DNA of 64,000 nucleotides from Neocallimastix sp. 'constans' (GCA_050613775.1 JBODTK010000101.1:124001-188000), one strand, 5' to 3'. Shown: positions 41,173 to 55,851, counted from the stretch's first letter. The notes: a model not told the origin generated them from the letters alone. A program made the numbers and translations.

Positions 41173-41286
41173 AAAATAAATTATAAATGTATAAAGATTA
41201 TTCATTTGAATTTTTTTTTTTTTTTTAATTTTTTAATTTTTACTCGTAGTTAAATATTTCACCTTTACTTTAGTTTAATTATTATC

Positions 41287-41329
<43 letters not shown>

Positions 41330-41334
<5 letters not shown>

Positions 41335-41543
41335 ATCTATTTATTTTTCTAGTTTATATATTATTAATATTAAAATATTTTAATTATTATCTATTTTTTC
41401 TATTTTTTTTTTTTATCTATCTATTTATTTTTCTAGTTTATATATTATTAATATTAAAATATTTTAATTATTATCTATTTTTTCTATTTTTTTTTTATCT
41501 ATCTATTTATTTTTCTAGTTTATATATTATTAATATTAAAATA
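41330..41543. repeat. ~80-bp tandem repeat (about 2.5 units) just 3' of the SPX-SerB stop
   Basis: TATCTATTTATTTTTCTAGTTTATATATTATTAATATTAAAAT recurs three times. Confidence 0.8.
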
Positions 41544-41573
41544 AAGATGTATTTAAAGTTGTATTAAATATTA

Positions 41574-42185
41574 TTAATAGGAAGCTAATTGTTCAATCTC
41601 ATTATCAGTATAACCTAATAAATAGAGAACATTTTTTAAACTTCTTTGATTAATACGAGCTGGGGCCTAATTATTATTATAATTATTATTTAATTTTTTA
41701 TATAATTATTTAATATTTAATATAAAATTATCACATTAAGATATAATTATAAAATATTTAGTAAATTATTTATATTATAATAATTATTAATAATAATAGT
41801 AATAATAATAATAAATTTATTATTATTAGCTTTATCAAAAAAAAAAAAAAAAAAAAAAAAAAGTATAAATATATTATAATAAATAATAATTAAATTTCAA
41901 CTTACTTGTTGTTGAACACGTGGTTTAGCATTAAAAGCAATACCAAGACCAGCCTTTGATAACATGAATAAATCGTTAGCACCATCACCAACAGCAATAA
42001 CTTGTTCTGGAGAAACTGATTCAGCTTGGGCAATAACATCTAATAATTCAGCTTTTCTAATACCATCAACAACTGGACCATAAGTTTCTCCAGTTAAGGT
42101 TAAACCATCATTAGAAACTCTCAACTATAAATAAATAAAAATTATTTGAAATATAATTTTATTTTAATAAATTAGAAGTTCTGAT

Positions 42186-42216
<31 letters not shown>

Positions 42217-42577
42217 TTATTTATTTATTTATGTTTCATTATATAAAAATATATATATTAATATATTTTTTTTTAATTTTTAATTAATTTTTAACTTACT
42301 TGATTAGCAAAAGCATAATCTAATCCTAATTCATGCTTGACATAAGTAGCTAATGGCATGAATCCACCAGAAATAACGGCAAGCTTGTAACCAAGACGTT
42401 TAAGAGATCTACAAAGGAAGTGAGCACCTTCAGTGAATGTTAAAATCTTCTTAATATCATCTAAAACAGATACTGGTGTACCCTTTAATAAAGCAACTCT
42501 TCTTCTTAAGGATTCCTTAAAGTCAATTTCACCATTCATTGCACTGGCAGTAATTTTCTAATTAACATTGTAAAAAA

Positions 42578-42620
<43 letters not shown>

Positions 42621-44071
42621 ATTAAAAAAATCTCATTAACAAAAATATTTCAATTTTTAACTTTATGTATACTATTATAGACTAATTTAAGAATTTTCTT
42701 TTTTTTTTTTTTTTAGTTATAGATTCTTCTATAAAATAAATTATGTGTATTTTTAATACTTACAGCAACTTCATCGACGACACCAGCATGTTTGGCAATT
42801 TCATCAATAACTTCTTGTCTGATAAGTGTAGAATCCATATCAAAAACGACAAGACGCTTATTCTTACGGAATACATTTAAGTTTTGTAAGGCAACATCTG
42901 TACCATGTTGAGCACTTAATTGATAAAGTCTCTTACGAAGATCATCAAAATCAAGATCATTTGGAACACTTAAACGGAAATCAATAGAATTAAGTTGTTT
43001 ATCCTTACTAAGACGAATCATTTTTTCTACTGAAATCTTAGTTTCTAATAAAAGTTTAGTCCAGTCATAAAGGAATTGTGAGGTAAGACCATTTTGGTTA
43101 AGAACAGTAGCAGTATATTTCAAACGGTTATCATATGGAGCTTCGTCAAGTAAATGCTTTATTTTTTCTCTTTCATCTTGAATTTGGAATGAAAGAACAG
43201 CATCCCACTTTCTAGCATTTTCACTTAAATGATTGAAAATGCCAACACTTTCATCAGTAAGACGTACTAAGACACCAAAGGTAACGTTGTGGTAAAGACG
43301 AGATAACATGAAATCAATAATAGTACAATTGAATTTGGCCATAGATTCTAAAACACAACCAATAATATCTGTACCGTGTCTACCAGAAAGTTGAATAAGA
43401 ACATTGTGTTGTGGCATAATAGAAGAAGGTGGAATGAATGTTTGATCTAATTTTGAAAGAATAGAAGGCATTTTTAAGAGTGGTGCACTCTTTTCTTCTG
43501 GTGTAGTGATAGTATCGGTACCACTAAGTTTGTCAATTAAATTATGTTTTATATTATTTAATTCTTCTGAATGATAAAATGGAAGGTATACTAAACGGAA
43601 CATGTAAGGTTCAGATAACTTTAATCCAGAATGTCTATCTAACTTTTTCATAATTTTAACAATACCAGTATAATTTAACATAATAAATTGTTCTAAAGAA
43701 ATAATTTTTTTAAGAAGGCTTTTAGCGGCAGAGAGATCACTGAATTTAGAAATGCTTTGATGTTCTTCAACAATAATTTTAACATTTTTGTCGAAGAAAC
43801 CGGAAAGTTTTTCAACTTCTTTATCTAACATTTTAATAAAGGTTGAAATATTAGCTTGAAGTTTACCAAGTCTGAAATTAATATCGCTCGCAAAATCAAG
43901 TTCGTCATTATTATCTGGCTTCCATTTCATTTTTTCTGGAGAAAAATGAATAGAATATGCTGAAATATCTGATTTAATGTATTGTTTTAATGTAATATAA
44001 TCAATAAAATATTCCTTCCATTCTGGTAATGCCTCCCTCTGCTTTTTTAATAAATGGTTACCGAACTTCAT
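41574..44071 (-). CDS. SPX-ACT-ACT-phosphoserine phosphatase (HAD, SerB type) fusion; 4 exons, ~625 aa
   Basis: Exons 44071-42764, 42557-42300, 42124-41906, 41666-41574 (GT-AG, all phase 0). SPX motifs MKFG..LPEWKEYFIDYITLK and LNYTGIVKIMKKLDR; two ACT-like segments; HAD motifs VFDMDST, ISGGF, RKAELL, VGDGANDL, GLGIAFNAKP. Confidence 0.93.
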
Positions 44072-44621
44072 TTTTCAAAATTATATCCTATATATATACT
44101 TACCAGAAAATAAATAATTTTCAAATAACAAATTATTATTTATAATTTTTTAATACAAAAAAAATAATAAAAAATAAAAAATAAAAAATAAAAAATAAAA
44201 AAAAAAAAAAAATAAAAATAAAAATATTAAATTAATCAGAATATATAAAAAAAATATTAAATTAAATCATAATAAATAATGATACATATAAATAAATAAA
44301 TAAATATATAATTTAATATAAAATGTTTAATTTTAAACTGTTAAAACAAATTTAATATTTATGATATATATTTATTAATATTACATATTTATTGTATTAC
44401 AATTATAATATATGAAGAAAAAACTATATGAAATATATAATAATATAGATAAAATTAATATTGATTAAATAGTTTTTAATTTTTAATATATTAACAAATT
44501 TGAATTTTGTTACCTTTTAAATAATATCTTTAAAAAATTCTAAATAATAATAATTAATAATAATAATCTATATTATTAATTTGGAGTTGTTTTACTTTGA
44601 TTATTGTTTATAAAATTGATA

Positions 44622-44622
<1 letters not shown>

Positions 44623-44716
<94 letters not shown>

Positions 44717-44736
44717 TATTATTATTATTATTATTA

Positions 44737-44768
<32 letters not shown>

Positions 44769-44805
44769 TATTATTATTATTATTATATTATTATTATTAT
44801 TATTA

Positions 44806-44833
<28 letters not shown>
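44623..44833. repeat. Interrupted (TTA)n microsatellite
   Basis: Read directly; explains the poly-L/Y/I ORFs here. Confidence 0.95.
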
Positions 44834-44836
<3 letters not shown>

Positions 44837-45468
44837 TTTTTTGTCAAAAATTTATCAACAAATTTTTAGTTTTAAATAAATGGATAGTTTATTTAATTAA
44901 AATAATATTTACTATTAATATTAGTTTATTTAAAATCAATAATATCCGTTGAAATGAATGTAAAGATCACATGGCAAAATAGCTGTGGTATTGGTTTAAA
45001 TTTTTTTTTATTTTGGAATTAACTATTTATTATTATTATTATTAGTTCATAATAATGTGTTTTTATAATATTTAAAAATAAATGAATGAATGAATAAGAA
45101 TAAATACATAAATATGTTAATAAAAATAAATAAATAAAAGTAAATTTTAAATAAAATTAATTTTTTTTATTTATTATTATTTAATAATAAAAATTTTTAT
45201 ATGTTTTTTGTTGTACAAAAAAATTTTAATATTTTATAATACCAATTTTTTCTTTTTTTTTTTTTAATTTCTATTATGAATTAAATTAAAAAAAATAAAA
45301 ATATTTATTAATTTTTACTAATTTCATAATAGCAAAATTAAAAAAATTTTTTTATACTTTTTTTTCATAATAGGTTTTAAATTATCTATTACAAATAGAA
45401 TGATATTAATACAATTTATTAAATTTTTTTTTTAAAAAAATTTTTTAAAATAACGAATTCAAATATTT

Positions 45469-47998
45469 CTACATATCAATATATGATTCTGGAACAATTC
45501 CTTCCAATGATCCCTTTTTAATCTTATTATTTCAAATTTATACAAAGAATTGTTTAATATTATATTAATAATATAATAAATTTATGTCAATAAATGTTTT
45601 TTTTTTTTAAAAAAAAAAAAAATTGAATTATATTATTATTTAATTAATATTATTTGTACCTTAAGCCATCCAGCATCTTCTTTACCAAGAACAACTACAG
45701 AATCTCCTTCATTAATTGCAATTTCATCATCTTTGTCAGGTTCATATGAATAAAGGGCCGTTTTAATTGGTGCTATGTAGCTAGATGGAACAAATCCTTC
45801 TCCCTTTTCTGTTTTCACCTATTTTTGTTTTATGATATTTATGTAAATAACCCCAAAATGTATTAATAATTTATTTATTAATAATTTAATATTTTCATTT
45901 AGTATTATCTTTATTATTATATATATAAGAAATTATACCTTAACCCAACCATCGACCTCATCTAATTTTAATTAAGTTTAGTTTAATACAATACAAATAA
46001 TATTATATTTTTAAGTATATAAAATATATTAATAATATAATATTACTATAAAATTATAAATAAAATTGACTTCAAACCTTCAATTACTTCTACTTTTTCA
46101 TTCATTGAAAGAGCCACTTCATCATTATTTTGTGGTTGATATTCAAAGATAGCACACATTTGTTTTGACGTTGAATTTGGTTTTGGTTGTTCTGGAACTT
46201 CTTGAATTTCAACTTTTTCATTTTCATCTTCTTCAATTTTATTCGTAGAATCATTTGTTAATGGAGATGTAAAATTATTAGCACTTACTGGTGATGAAAC
46301 CATATCAGGATTCAAAGCTTCTGAATTAGCAACTGATGGGGTTCTAACAAATAATGGAGAGGCTAATGAACTATCTAAATATGCAATTATATTAGTTTTA
46401 AAATTTATAATTAAAAATATTAATATTTAATTTTATAATTTTTATTAAAATTTTTTAAATTCTTTATTAAAAAAAAAAAATTTTTTCCTTTTTTTTTTTA
46501 AAAAAAAAAAAATTATTATTTTCTATTAATATTATTGATTTTTAATATATTTATAAAATATATAATATATATGTATAAAAATAAAAATATTTATTTAATT
46601 ATTTATATTTAAATTAAAATATATACCTTTACTATCTGCCATAGTACCAATACGAAGTACTTTTCTGTCCATTTTTATACCAGTACAACGTCGTGGTACA
46701 TTTTCTTCACATTTAGGGTGACATGTGAAGCTACAGTCTTTACATTGTATAGCTTTACCTCTTAATTTTTCTTGACAATAATCACAATGAGTGGAATTAA
46801 TTAATAAAACAGATTTGAAGTTATGTGAATTATACTTCACATCATTACCAATAGCATTTGAAATAGATTCAATTTTAGATTGATTAATAATTATTGGAAT
46901 TTCTGACATATGCATATTGTATAATAATTCAGATTTTTTACTTCTCATACCTTCTGCATCCATTTTTGTTGGATCATTAACATAATTTCCATATGTACTC
47001 ATAAACTGATCGTATTCTCTCTTATATTCACAAAACTTTGCAGAAAGTTCTTCTAATTGACTTTGAAGACTTGCACTTGTATTGCTAAGGAAAATGGATG
47101 ATTTATCGGTAATAACAAATTCACCATTATTATCACCGACACCTTGATATTTTTCGTCTTCTTCAGGTACATATTCCTTTTTATTTTCATTTTCGAAAAT
47201 ATTATTATCATTTCCTGGATTAATAGAATTAATATTATTGTTTGTGATATCAAAGCTTGATTTAATATCATCACTTAAATTTTGTTCCAATCTGATATAT
47301 TCTCTGCTAAAGGTTTGGAAATCTCTTATCAAACTTTCTTGAGTATCTTGAAGATTCTGTAATAAATGGCATTTTTAAAAAAAGTGATATATATTTTAAT
47401 TTTTTTTTCTCATTAAATAATAATAATTTATTATATAATATTTAATATAATTTGTATTTTTACATTGTAGATTTCAGGAATGAATTCATTACGAATTTTT
47501 CTTTTCATAGTATTTAAACCTTCTAAAGATAAAATATATAAATTCTAGAAAAGTCATAATATGAAAAGAGAAAATAAAAAATTGAAATAGAATAAATAGA
47601 ATAATGATAAAAATGATATTAATAATAATAAGAAGAATTAAAATTAGTTTAATTAACTTTTTTCTTTTTTCTTTTTTTTTTTTTATGTTTTCCTTTATTC
47701 TACTATATATAAATATATTATTTACCTTTTTGTTATTAATATCAATTTGAGCACTTTCTATTACATCATTTAATTTTTCCATTTTTTTCTTTCCCTTTTT
47801 ATAAATAAATGTTACAATAAAATTAATATAACATATAAGGTAAAGAAATTAATATAAATTAAAATATAAAAATACCTTATCATTATTTTTATCTCCTTCA
47901 TTTACAGAGCTATCTTGTTTAGTCAACTTTTTTTGATGATTTGACATGACATCAGTACTTTCTATATACTTTTTTCTAGCCTTTATTTAATATATATA

Positions 47999-48079
<81 letters not shown>

Positions 48080-48586
48080 TTAAAATAAAAAGTATTTATA
48101 AAAATTATAAATATATATATATATATATATTAATAACTTTAATTTTTAAGAACAAATTAAATAAGATAAATCATAAATATTTACATTTTGTTTTTCGTTG
48201 TTAGTCTTATCAATTTCGTTTAAAATATTTTTATGATATAATAAATACTATTTTTATGATATTAGATACAATGCAACATTAATAATTTTGGAAAAATATA
48301 TATAATATATGTATATAAATACTCATATATATATATATATTAAAATTACTTTTTTTCTTTCTTCATCTTTTATTGCAACTTGTTGCTTTAATTTTTCAAT
48401 GATATTATCTGTAACTTTTTCACTAAAGGTAATTCTTGCTTTACTTATTGCTTCCATTTGATTTAAGATAGATTTCCAAGCTATCATATAAGAACTAATA
48501 TAAATTCAATATTATCATTTAATAATAATGAATTTAAAATTATTATTATTTATTATTAATATAAATATATTTTATAATTAATATTT

Positions 48587-48631
<45 letters not shown>

Positions 48632-49222
48632 TAAGAAAGGTTATTATGTAAAGAACATACTAATCGTTCGCATTTCCTGGCGTAGTAGGTGTAGCTGGCG
48701 AGGTAGCATCTGGTGAAGCAATTGATCCCTCTTTCAAAGGACTTAAATTATTTAAATCATTTGATGGATTTGGAGTAGATGGAGTATAGCATACGGACTG
48801 AGCTCTTTTCTTTTCAAACTTTTGAGTATATTTTTGAATTAAATTAGAGGAATCTTTGGCAAAATTTTTTTCTAAATTAACCCTTTCTTTTAGATATTCC
48901 CTATTTTTTTTTTTTTTTACAATATTTAATAAAAATAAAAATTTATTATGAATTAACTAAGTCTAAATATATATTTATTTATTTATTTTTGAAATTTACC
49001 TAAAATCATAAAGAAAGTTAATATCTTCATGATAAAAAAAAATATTATAATACAATAATATAATATTTTATATAATTCATTTATTAAAAATACTTTATAA
49101 TTTTATTATTTATTTTATTTATACATTGTTTATTTAATATTTAATGATGATATACTTGAAGTTATATAATTATCAATTATGGTTTTATCTTGAAATTCTT
49201 TGAATGATTCTCCATAAGTCAT
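45469..49222 (-). CDS. BZZ1: F-BAR, C1, SH3, SH3 endocytic/actin regulator; about 13 exons
   Basis: Start MTYGESFK (ATG 49222); FCH segment EYLKERVNLEKNFAK and AWKSILNQMEAISKAR; C1 HNFK..THCDYCQEKL..QCKDCSFTCHPKCEENVPRRC; SH3 AIFEYQPQNNDEV..DGWVKV..GEGFVPSSYI; SH3 ALYSYEPDKDDEI..AGWLK..EGIVPESYIDM* (TAG 45469-45471). Some internal exon borders are approximate. Confidence 0.88.
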
Positions 49223-51729
49223 TTTTAATTTTTTTTTTTTTTTTTTTTTATTTATTTATTATTATTAATTTTAAATAATTTTGGCTTTATTAAAATTAAA
49301 AAATAAAATAAATATTATTGTAAATTTTTAATTCTTTGATTGTTTTAATTCTATTTAAATTTTTTGGATACTTTTGTTTTTATTAATTGTTTTTTTATAT
49401 TAATAAAGAAAAAATCTTTGTTAAAAAAACTGATAATTATTAAAAACAAAAATAAAATTTTTTTTTTAAAAAAAAAAAAATAAAATAAAAAAATAAAAAA
49501 GTAAATGTATTTTTTCTCTTTAGTTAAAAAATAAATTGTTTACAATATAAGACTTTTTTTTTCTTGCATTTTTAATCTTTACTAATATTATACATAATTG
49601 TCATATTGGTTTTTACTGATTTTTATGTTAAATGATTAAAGTTTAATTATAATTAAAATTGTCTATGAAGATATAAAATAAAATTTGAATTTAAATTTAA
49701 AATTTTGTTAAATAAAGCAAATTGTATACCATTAATATATTTAAATGCTTATAATTTAAATATTATTATGGAGGAAAAAAAGGATAAAAATTACTAAAAT
49801 ATTAATTTTATATATAATATGTAAGATTAATAATTTAATTAATTTCATTATAATTTGAAGAATTAGAGAGAATAAATATCAAATTTTAATGATATATATC
49901 CTTTGGGATTATTTGAAAATTTTTTTATTATCAAAATACTTAATTTTGTTTATTTCTAATATTTATTATTTAATATTCTTAATTTTGTTAATATGAATAT
50001 CATATAAAAATACTTTAAATGAGTATATCAGAAATTAACCAAGATGATATATAATATATTACATATTATGTAAATATATATTTTATATAGTTTTTTTTTT
50101 TAATAAATAAAATTTATTTATATTTTATACTTTTGTTATTTTTTTATGGTAATAAAAAAAATTATTGATTTTTAATTAAATACTTAATTCTTTCATAAAT
50201 TAATGATTTATTTATAATATTATTTGAATTATTAAATAGATAAAAATACTTATTAATGTGAAAATATAAATTAATTAGAAATTTTCAATAAATTGGAATA
50301 TGCTCTATGAAATATATAAAATAAAAATAGAAATAGAAATTGTAAAATATCACTAATACCAATAAAACTAAAGATGATATGATATAAACTTATAAACTAC
50401 AATAATAAAAAACAAAGAAAATATTAATAATAATAAATAATAATAATTAATAATAATAATTTATGATAATTTAGATCCTTTAGAAAAAACTGAATTAATA
50501 AAAAATCAATAAATTAAAGGTTCATTTTAAGAAAAAAAAAATAAAACAATTTAAAAATTTTAAATAAGTAAATATTAATACTATTACAAATTCAAATCTT
50601 AATTTCAATTTGGATTTAATTATTTTATTATTATAATACTCTAATATTATTATCATTAAAATAATATTCTATTTAGTTGTGAAAAAGAAGTTAAGAATTA
50701 CCTTTTGAGATATCATTAATTATTAAATTTCTTGTTTTGTTACAATATGAAGGAATTTTACCATTTTATTATTAATATTAATGACAGATATAAAAAAAAA
50801 TTGGTATGAATTTATGTTTTCCTACTGAATTTACTAAAATAAAAAAAGGCCATGAGCTATAAACCATAAGATATTATAATAAAGTTAATATATAATAAGA
50901 AGTAAATATCATTGCTTTATTAAACAAAATTGTCATGATAAAAGTAATCATTTATATGTGGAATGAAGTATCCTATATATATGTTAACATTTAATTTAAA
51001 CTTTGAGTGAACTATACTTTCAATTAATACTACAATTTCAATTATAAAAAATAAAGTAAAGGTTTAATATGATTAAATATATATATATATATATAATTAT
51101 TAAATATGTCAAGTATATATTAAATTCTTTTATTTTTTTTTATATTATTAAAGAATAATTCATCGATATATCAATATTATGTTGTGTTTGTAAAATATTG
51201 TAGTAGTAAAGTTTGTCAAAAATTTTCTTATGTTAAGGAACATAAAATTACATTACTTATTATATAGTAGAAATTTTATAAGGAATAGCTTATACTACAA
51301 TTTCAGAATCCCTTCTTTTAAATAAAAAATTCTTAGAAGTTTCCTATACTACGAAAAAATCACTTCATTGTAGTGCTATTAATCACCTAACACTACATTT
51401 TGACTTTAAAGGAATAAAAAAAAATATAAAGAAGCTATCAAAATGTTTGGAATGTAAAAGTTTTATATGTCCTTTAATATTATTAAAAGAAACACTTCTT
51501 AAAGGTTATAATTATTTATATATATAAATTAAAACTAATTTAAGAACAATTTTTTTTTTTAAAATAATAAATACAAATTTTTAATAATATGCATATGAAA
51601 ATATATAATAATATGAGTTGAATAAAATAACCAAAGATTACTGATACAAATACCAATTTAGAAATTGAATCAATAAAACTAATATTAATAAAAATTGCAT
51701 AAATCAAAAAAATTAAAATTAGTGTTATC

Positions 51730-52400
<671 letters not shown>

Positions 52401-53127
52401 GAAGTTTATTAAAAGTTAAAAAGTATATGATTTTATGATTGTTTAACATATGTATTAAGTATGTATTAAAAATAGTATATGCTATTATAACATGTTTTTA
52501 ATTAATATATACTATATTTAACTTTTTTTTAATAAGTTAAAAAACCTTAAATTTCAGCACTAAAATATTCTCTTATTAATTTGAAACCTACTTATGGTAT
52601 ATTTATCGTTCATGCTCGTATATATGGTACTTCTTGAATGAATAAAGAGCAAATACGAATACTAGTTACTACGTAGTGATTACCAACTCACATCAACTAC
52701 ATTTACATTTTTTAGCTTTAGTAAAGTTATGCTATAAATATAATGTATTTTAAGTTTTTTTTTTTTTTTTTTTTTTTTTAGCTTATTTATTAGTGTTGTT
52801 AAATATAGTATAGAAAGAGAATATAATATTTATACAAAAATATTTATGAATAATTAAAGAACTCTTAAAAGAAAAAATGAAATGAAATTATCATTAATAA
52901 TGAAAAAGATAAAAAAGAAAAATATATATATATAATTTTAATTTAAATTTCAAATATTAATTACTATATATATAAAAAATATGAAAATGTTATTTATTTG
53001 TATTTTATATTTATATTTTTATTTTTAATATTATTTTTTTTTTCTTTTTAGTATCATCAACACATAACATATTAATAAAAAAAAAAAAAATTTTATTAAT
53101 TTATTAATTTATTAATTTTTACTTATT

Positions 53128-53158
<31 letters not shown>

Positions 53159-53826
53159 TTAATTTATTAATTTATTAACTTATTTGCTTAATTTTTAATT
53201 TTTTTTTTTTTTTTAAAATAGAAAAAAAGAAAAAACGGTAATATTAATGTAATTATTTCAAAAACAAAAAAAAAAAAAATAATAATAATAAAAAAAAAAT
53301 AAACTTTTTTTTAATTATATTTTAGAATTATAATTTTTTACTAATTAAAATTTAAAAAAAAAAATAAAAAAAAAATAAAAATTATTTATGAATTAAAAAA
53401 AAGTAAATCTAATTTTGATATAACTGAAAAATGATTAAAAAAAAAAAAAAAAAAAAAAAAAGATAATATATAGTCATAAAATATACTAGAAAATATAAAT
53501 ATATATATTAATATCCGTATATAAATTTTTTAAACAAGAATTAAAATATATAATATTTTTTCAAACTATATAGATTTATATAGTTTTATTCTTTAAATAT
53601 TTTATATTAAATTTCTAGTCATAATATAATAAAAGATAAAATATATATATTTAATTAAAAAAAGTTTAAATAAATAAGTTTATTATTAATAGATAGATAC
53701 ATCTATTATTTTTTATTTTTTTAAAAAAAAAAAATTTAAAAATTTTTAAAAACTATCACTTTTTTTTTTTTTATTCTTATAACTTCATTTTAATTATTAC
53801 CTTTATTATTTTATTTTTATTGCTAT

Positions 53827-55851
53827 TTATTCACATTTTTTTTGAATTTTTTGTTTTTCAGTTTGATTAACTTCCATATCTATTATTTTACTTATTCTTA
53901 ATCTTTCCAAACACTTTTTATAATATTCTCTTTCTTCCATTGGTATTTTACTGTTATAAACGTTACCTCGTAAGAAATCAAATACTTTTTGTGAATGACA
54001 AGGTAATAATTCTTTCTTTTTTGAATAGGTAGAAGCTATTCTTCCACTAGTTTTACTATCGTCTAAAACATCATTTAATAAATTAGTAATACTTTGTGGG
54101 TCTATAATAGATGATGTACTATTTCTATATTTTAACTTAACTGATGAATCTTCGAAATTTGATAATACTGTATTTGTATTTATTAATGATGTATTTTCAT
54201 TGTTATTAATAGAAATACTATTATTTATATATTTTTGACTATTATTATTATTATTATTATTAATGTTAATATTTATATTTATATTTTGTTGAGAATTATT
54301 ATCAGTACCACTTAAATTATGACCAATTATATTTATATTATTACTAATATTTATAACTGATGAATTAGAAGAATTATTTTGTATAGGTATAGGTTCTTGG
54401 GTAAGAATACTTGAAGAAGATAACGCAATCATAGATACATGTCTATTTCTAGACTTAGTAGATGTAACAGCAACTGCAGTTGTGCGAGCTAAATTGATAT
54501 TATGTGATTGATATGAATTAGACGAACAAGTTAATGGTGACTTTTGATAAGATATATTTGAAAATGAGCGTGAGACTGGAGGAGTTATGGGTGACGGTAT
54601 AATAAATTCATTAATTTTATCATCAAAAACTTCCGGTTCACTTGCATGAGCTAATGGGAAATAACCAATCTTTTGATTGTTTTTATCATTATTATTGTCT
54701 TCACAAATAACTTTACCAGTAGCCCATCCATCCTTGTAAATATTGATAATTTCAACTTTATCTCCAAGATGAATTTCAATTTCATCTGGTCGTACAGGCT
54801 TATAATTTTTAATTATAGTACAAACCATTTTTATTGGTGGTATTAAATTTTTAGTATTAATAGAAAGTGATTTTTTTGAATTAATATCTTTTGACAATTT
54901 TAAATATTCATAACTATTGGAATGTTTAGCTAAATTATCTTTATTCATAGATATCATACTTTTTAATTTTTTAACGTCATCACTGGATTTTCTATAAGAA
55001 GATTTTGATAATAAATCTTTATCTAATTTTGTATTTAAAGAAATACGTCTTGGAGCTACAACATTGGTATTATTAATTTTAATATTGCATGAAAGACGAT
55101 TATCTATTTTTCTACGCCTAAGCTGACATTCACCATCATCCGAATCAGCCCAACCATTTTTTTTACGAATTTCTAAAATTTCTTCCTCTGTTAGTTCATC
55201 ATAACGTTTTGTATTATTATGCTTTCTTGTATTGATTTTATGAAGGAATTGTCTTTCTTCCTCAGATAATGAAGTATATGAATTATTGATTTTCTTTTTA
55301 TTATCCAAATATTCTAATTCTTCCTTTGTTAAATTAAAAATACTATTTTTACTTCTTTGATATACATTGAAGAATCCAACACCTACTAGAGCAATAGAAA
55401 CAATTCCAGTACAATAAATATAATAACTATCAGCTTCATTTTTTTTTTCTTCTGTTGTAGAACTCGAATTTACCTTCAAATCATCGACATTATTTTTTTT
55501 AGGTTTAGTTTTGATATTTGTTTCTTTTTTATGTTCATTCGAAACTTTTGTGGAGATTTTCTGTTTTACATTTTGTTTTTCATCTTTTACATTTTTATTA
55601 TTAATATTGATTTCTGATTTTAATTTAAATGATTCTAATTCTTTTTCAACAAATTTCTTTCTATTCTCTAAAGAAAATTCAGGATGAACTTTTTTTGTTG
55701 GATCATTAATAGAAATATGTTGCTTTTTACCATATATTCTTGTACTTTTTTTCACTGAAACTTCTACTTTTTTTCCATTTGTTATTTCAATTATACATAA
55801 GCATATAATTATAATTTTTAAAAATAATTTATGATTGACAAATCTAGCCAT
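53827..55851 (-). CDS. Signal peptide, single transmembrane helix, cytosolic SH3-domain protein
   Basis: 674-aa intronless ORF; hydrophobic N-terminus (LFLKIIIICLCIIEITNG); TM YYIYCTGIVSIALVGVGFFNVY; SH3 CTIIKNYKPVRPDEIEIHLGDKVEIINIYKDGWATG...IGYFPL. Confidence 0.85.
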   Translation of the reverse strand: MARFVNHKLFLKIIIICLCIIEITNGKKVEVSVKKSTRIYGKKQHISINDPTKKVHPEFSLENRKKFVEKELESFKLKSEININNKNVKDEKQNVKQKISTKVSNEHKKETNIKTKPKKNNVDDLKVNSSSTTEEKKNEADSYYIYCTGIVSIALVGVGFFNVYQRSKNSIFNLTKEELEYLDNKKKINNSYTSLSEEERQFLHKINTRKHNNTKRYDELTEEEILEIRKKNGWADSDDGECQLRRRKIDNRLSCNIKINNTNVVAPRRISLNTKLDKDLLSKSSYRKSSDDVKKLKSMISMNKDNLAKHSNSYEYLKLSKDINSKKSLSINTKNLIPPIKMVCTIIKNYKPVRPDEIEIHLGDKVEIINIYKDGWATGKVICEDNNNDKNNQKIGYFPLAHASEPEVFDDKINEFIIPSPITPPVSRSFSNISYQKSPLTCSSNSYQSHNINLARTTAVAVTSTKSRNRHVSMIALSSSSILTQEPIPIQNNSSNSSVINISNNINIIGHNLSGTDNNSQQNININININNNNNNNSQKYINNSISINNNENTSLINTNTVLSNFEDSSVKLKYRNSTSSIIDPQSITNLLNDVLDDSKTSGRIASTYSKKKELLPCHSQKVFDFLRGNVYNSKIPMEEREYYKKCLERLRISKIIDMEVNQTEKQKIQKKCE

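Noticed and set aside
41330..41543. Short repeat arrays as CRISPR-like loci
   Set aside because: No unique spacers and no cas genes; eukaryotic tandem duplications.
31854..49222. Aconitase, SPX-SerB and BZZ1 as a functional gene cluster
   Set aside because: Unrelated pathways, separated by kilobases and repeat relics; no evidence of co-regulation.
50240..51480. Slightly GC-richer patch with KVIIYMWNEVSYI, faintly like a Pif1/Helitron helicase motif II
   Set aside because: One weak motif among many stops; cannot be supported without a search.
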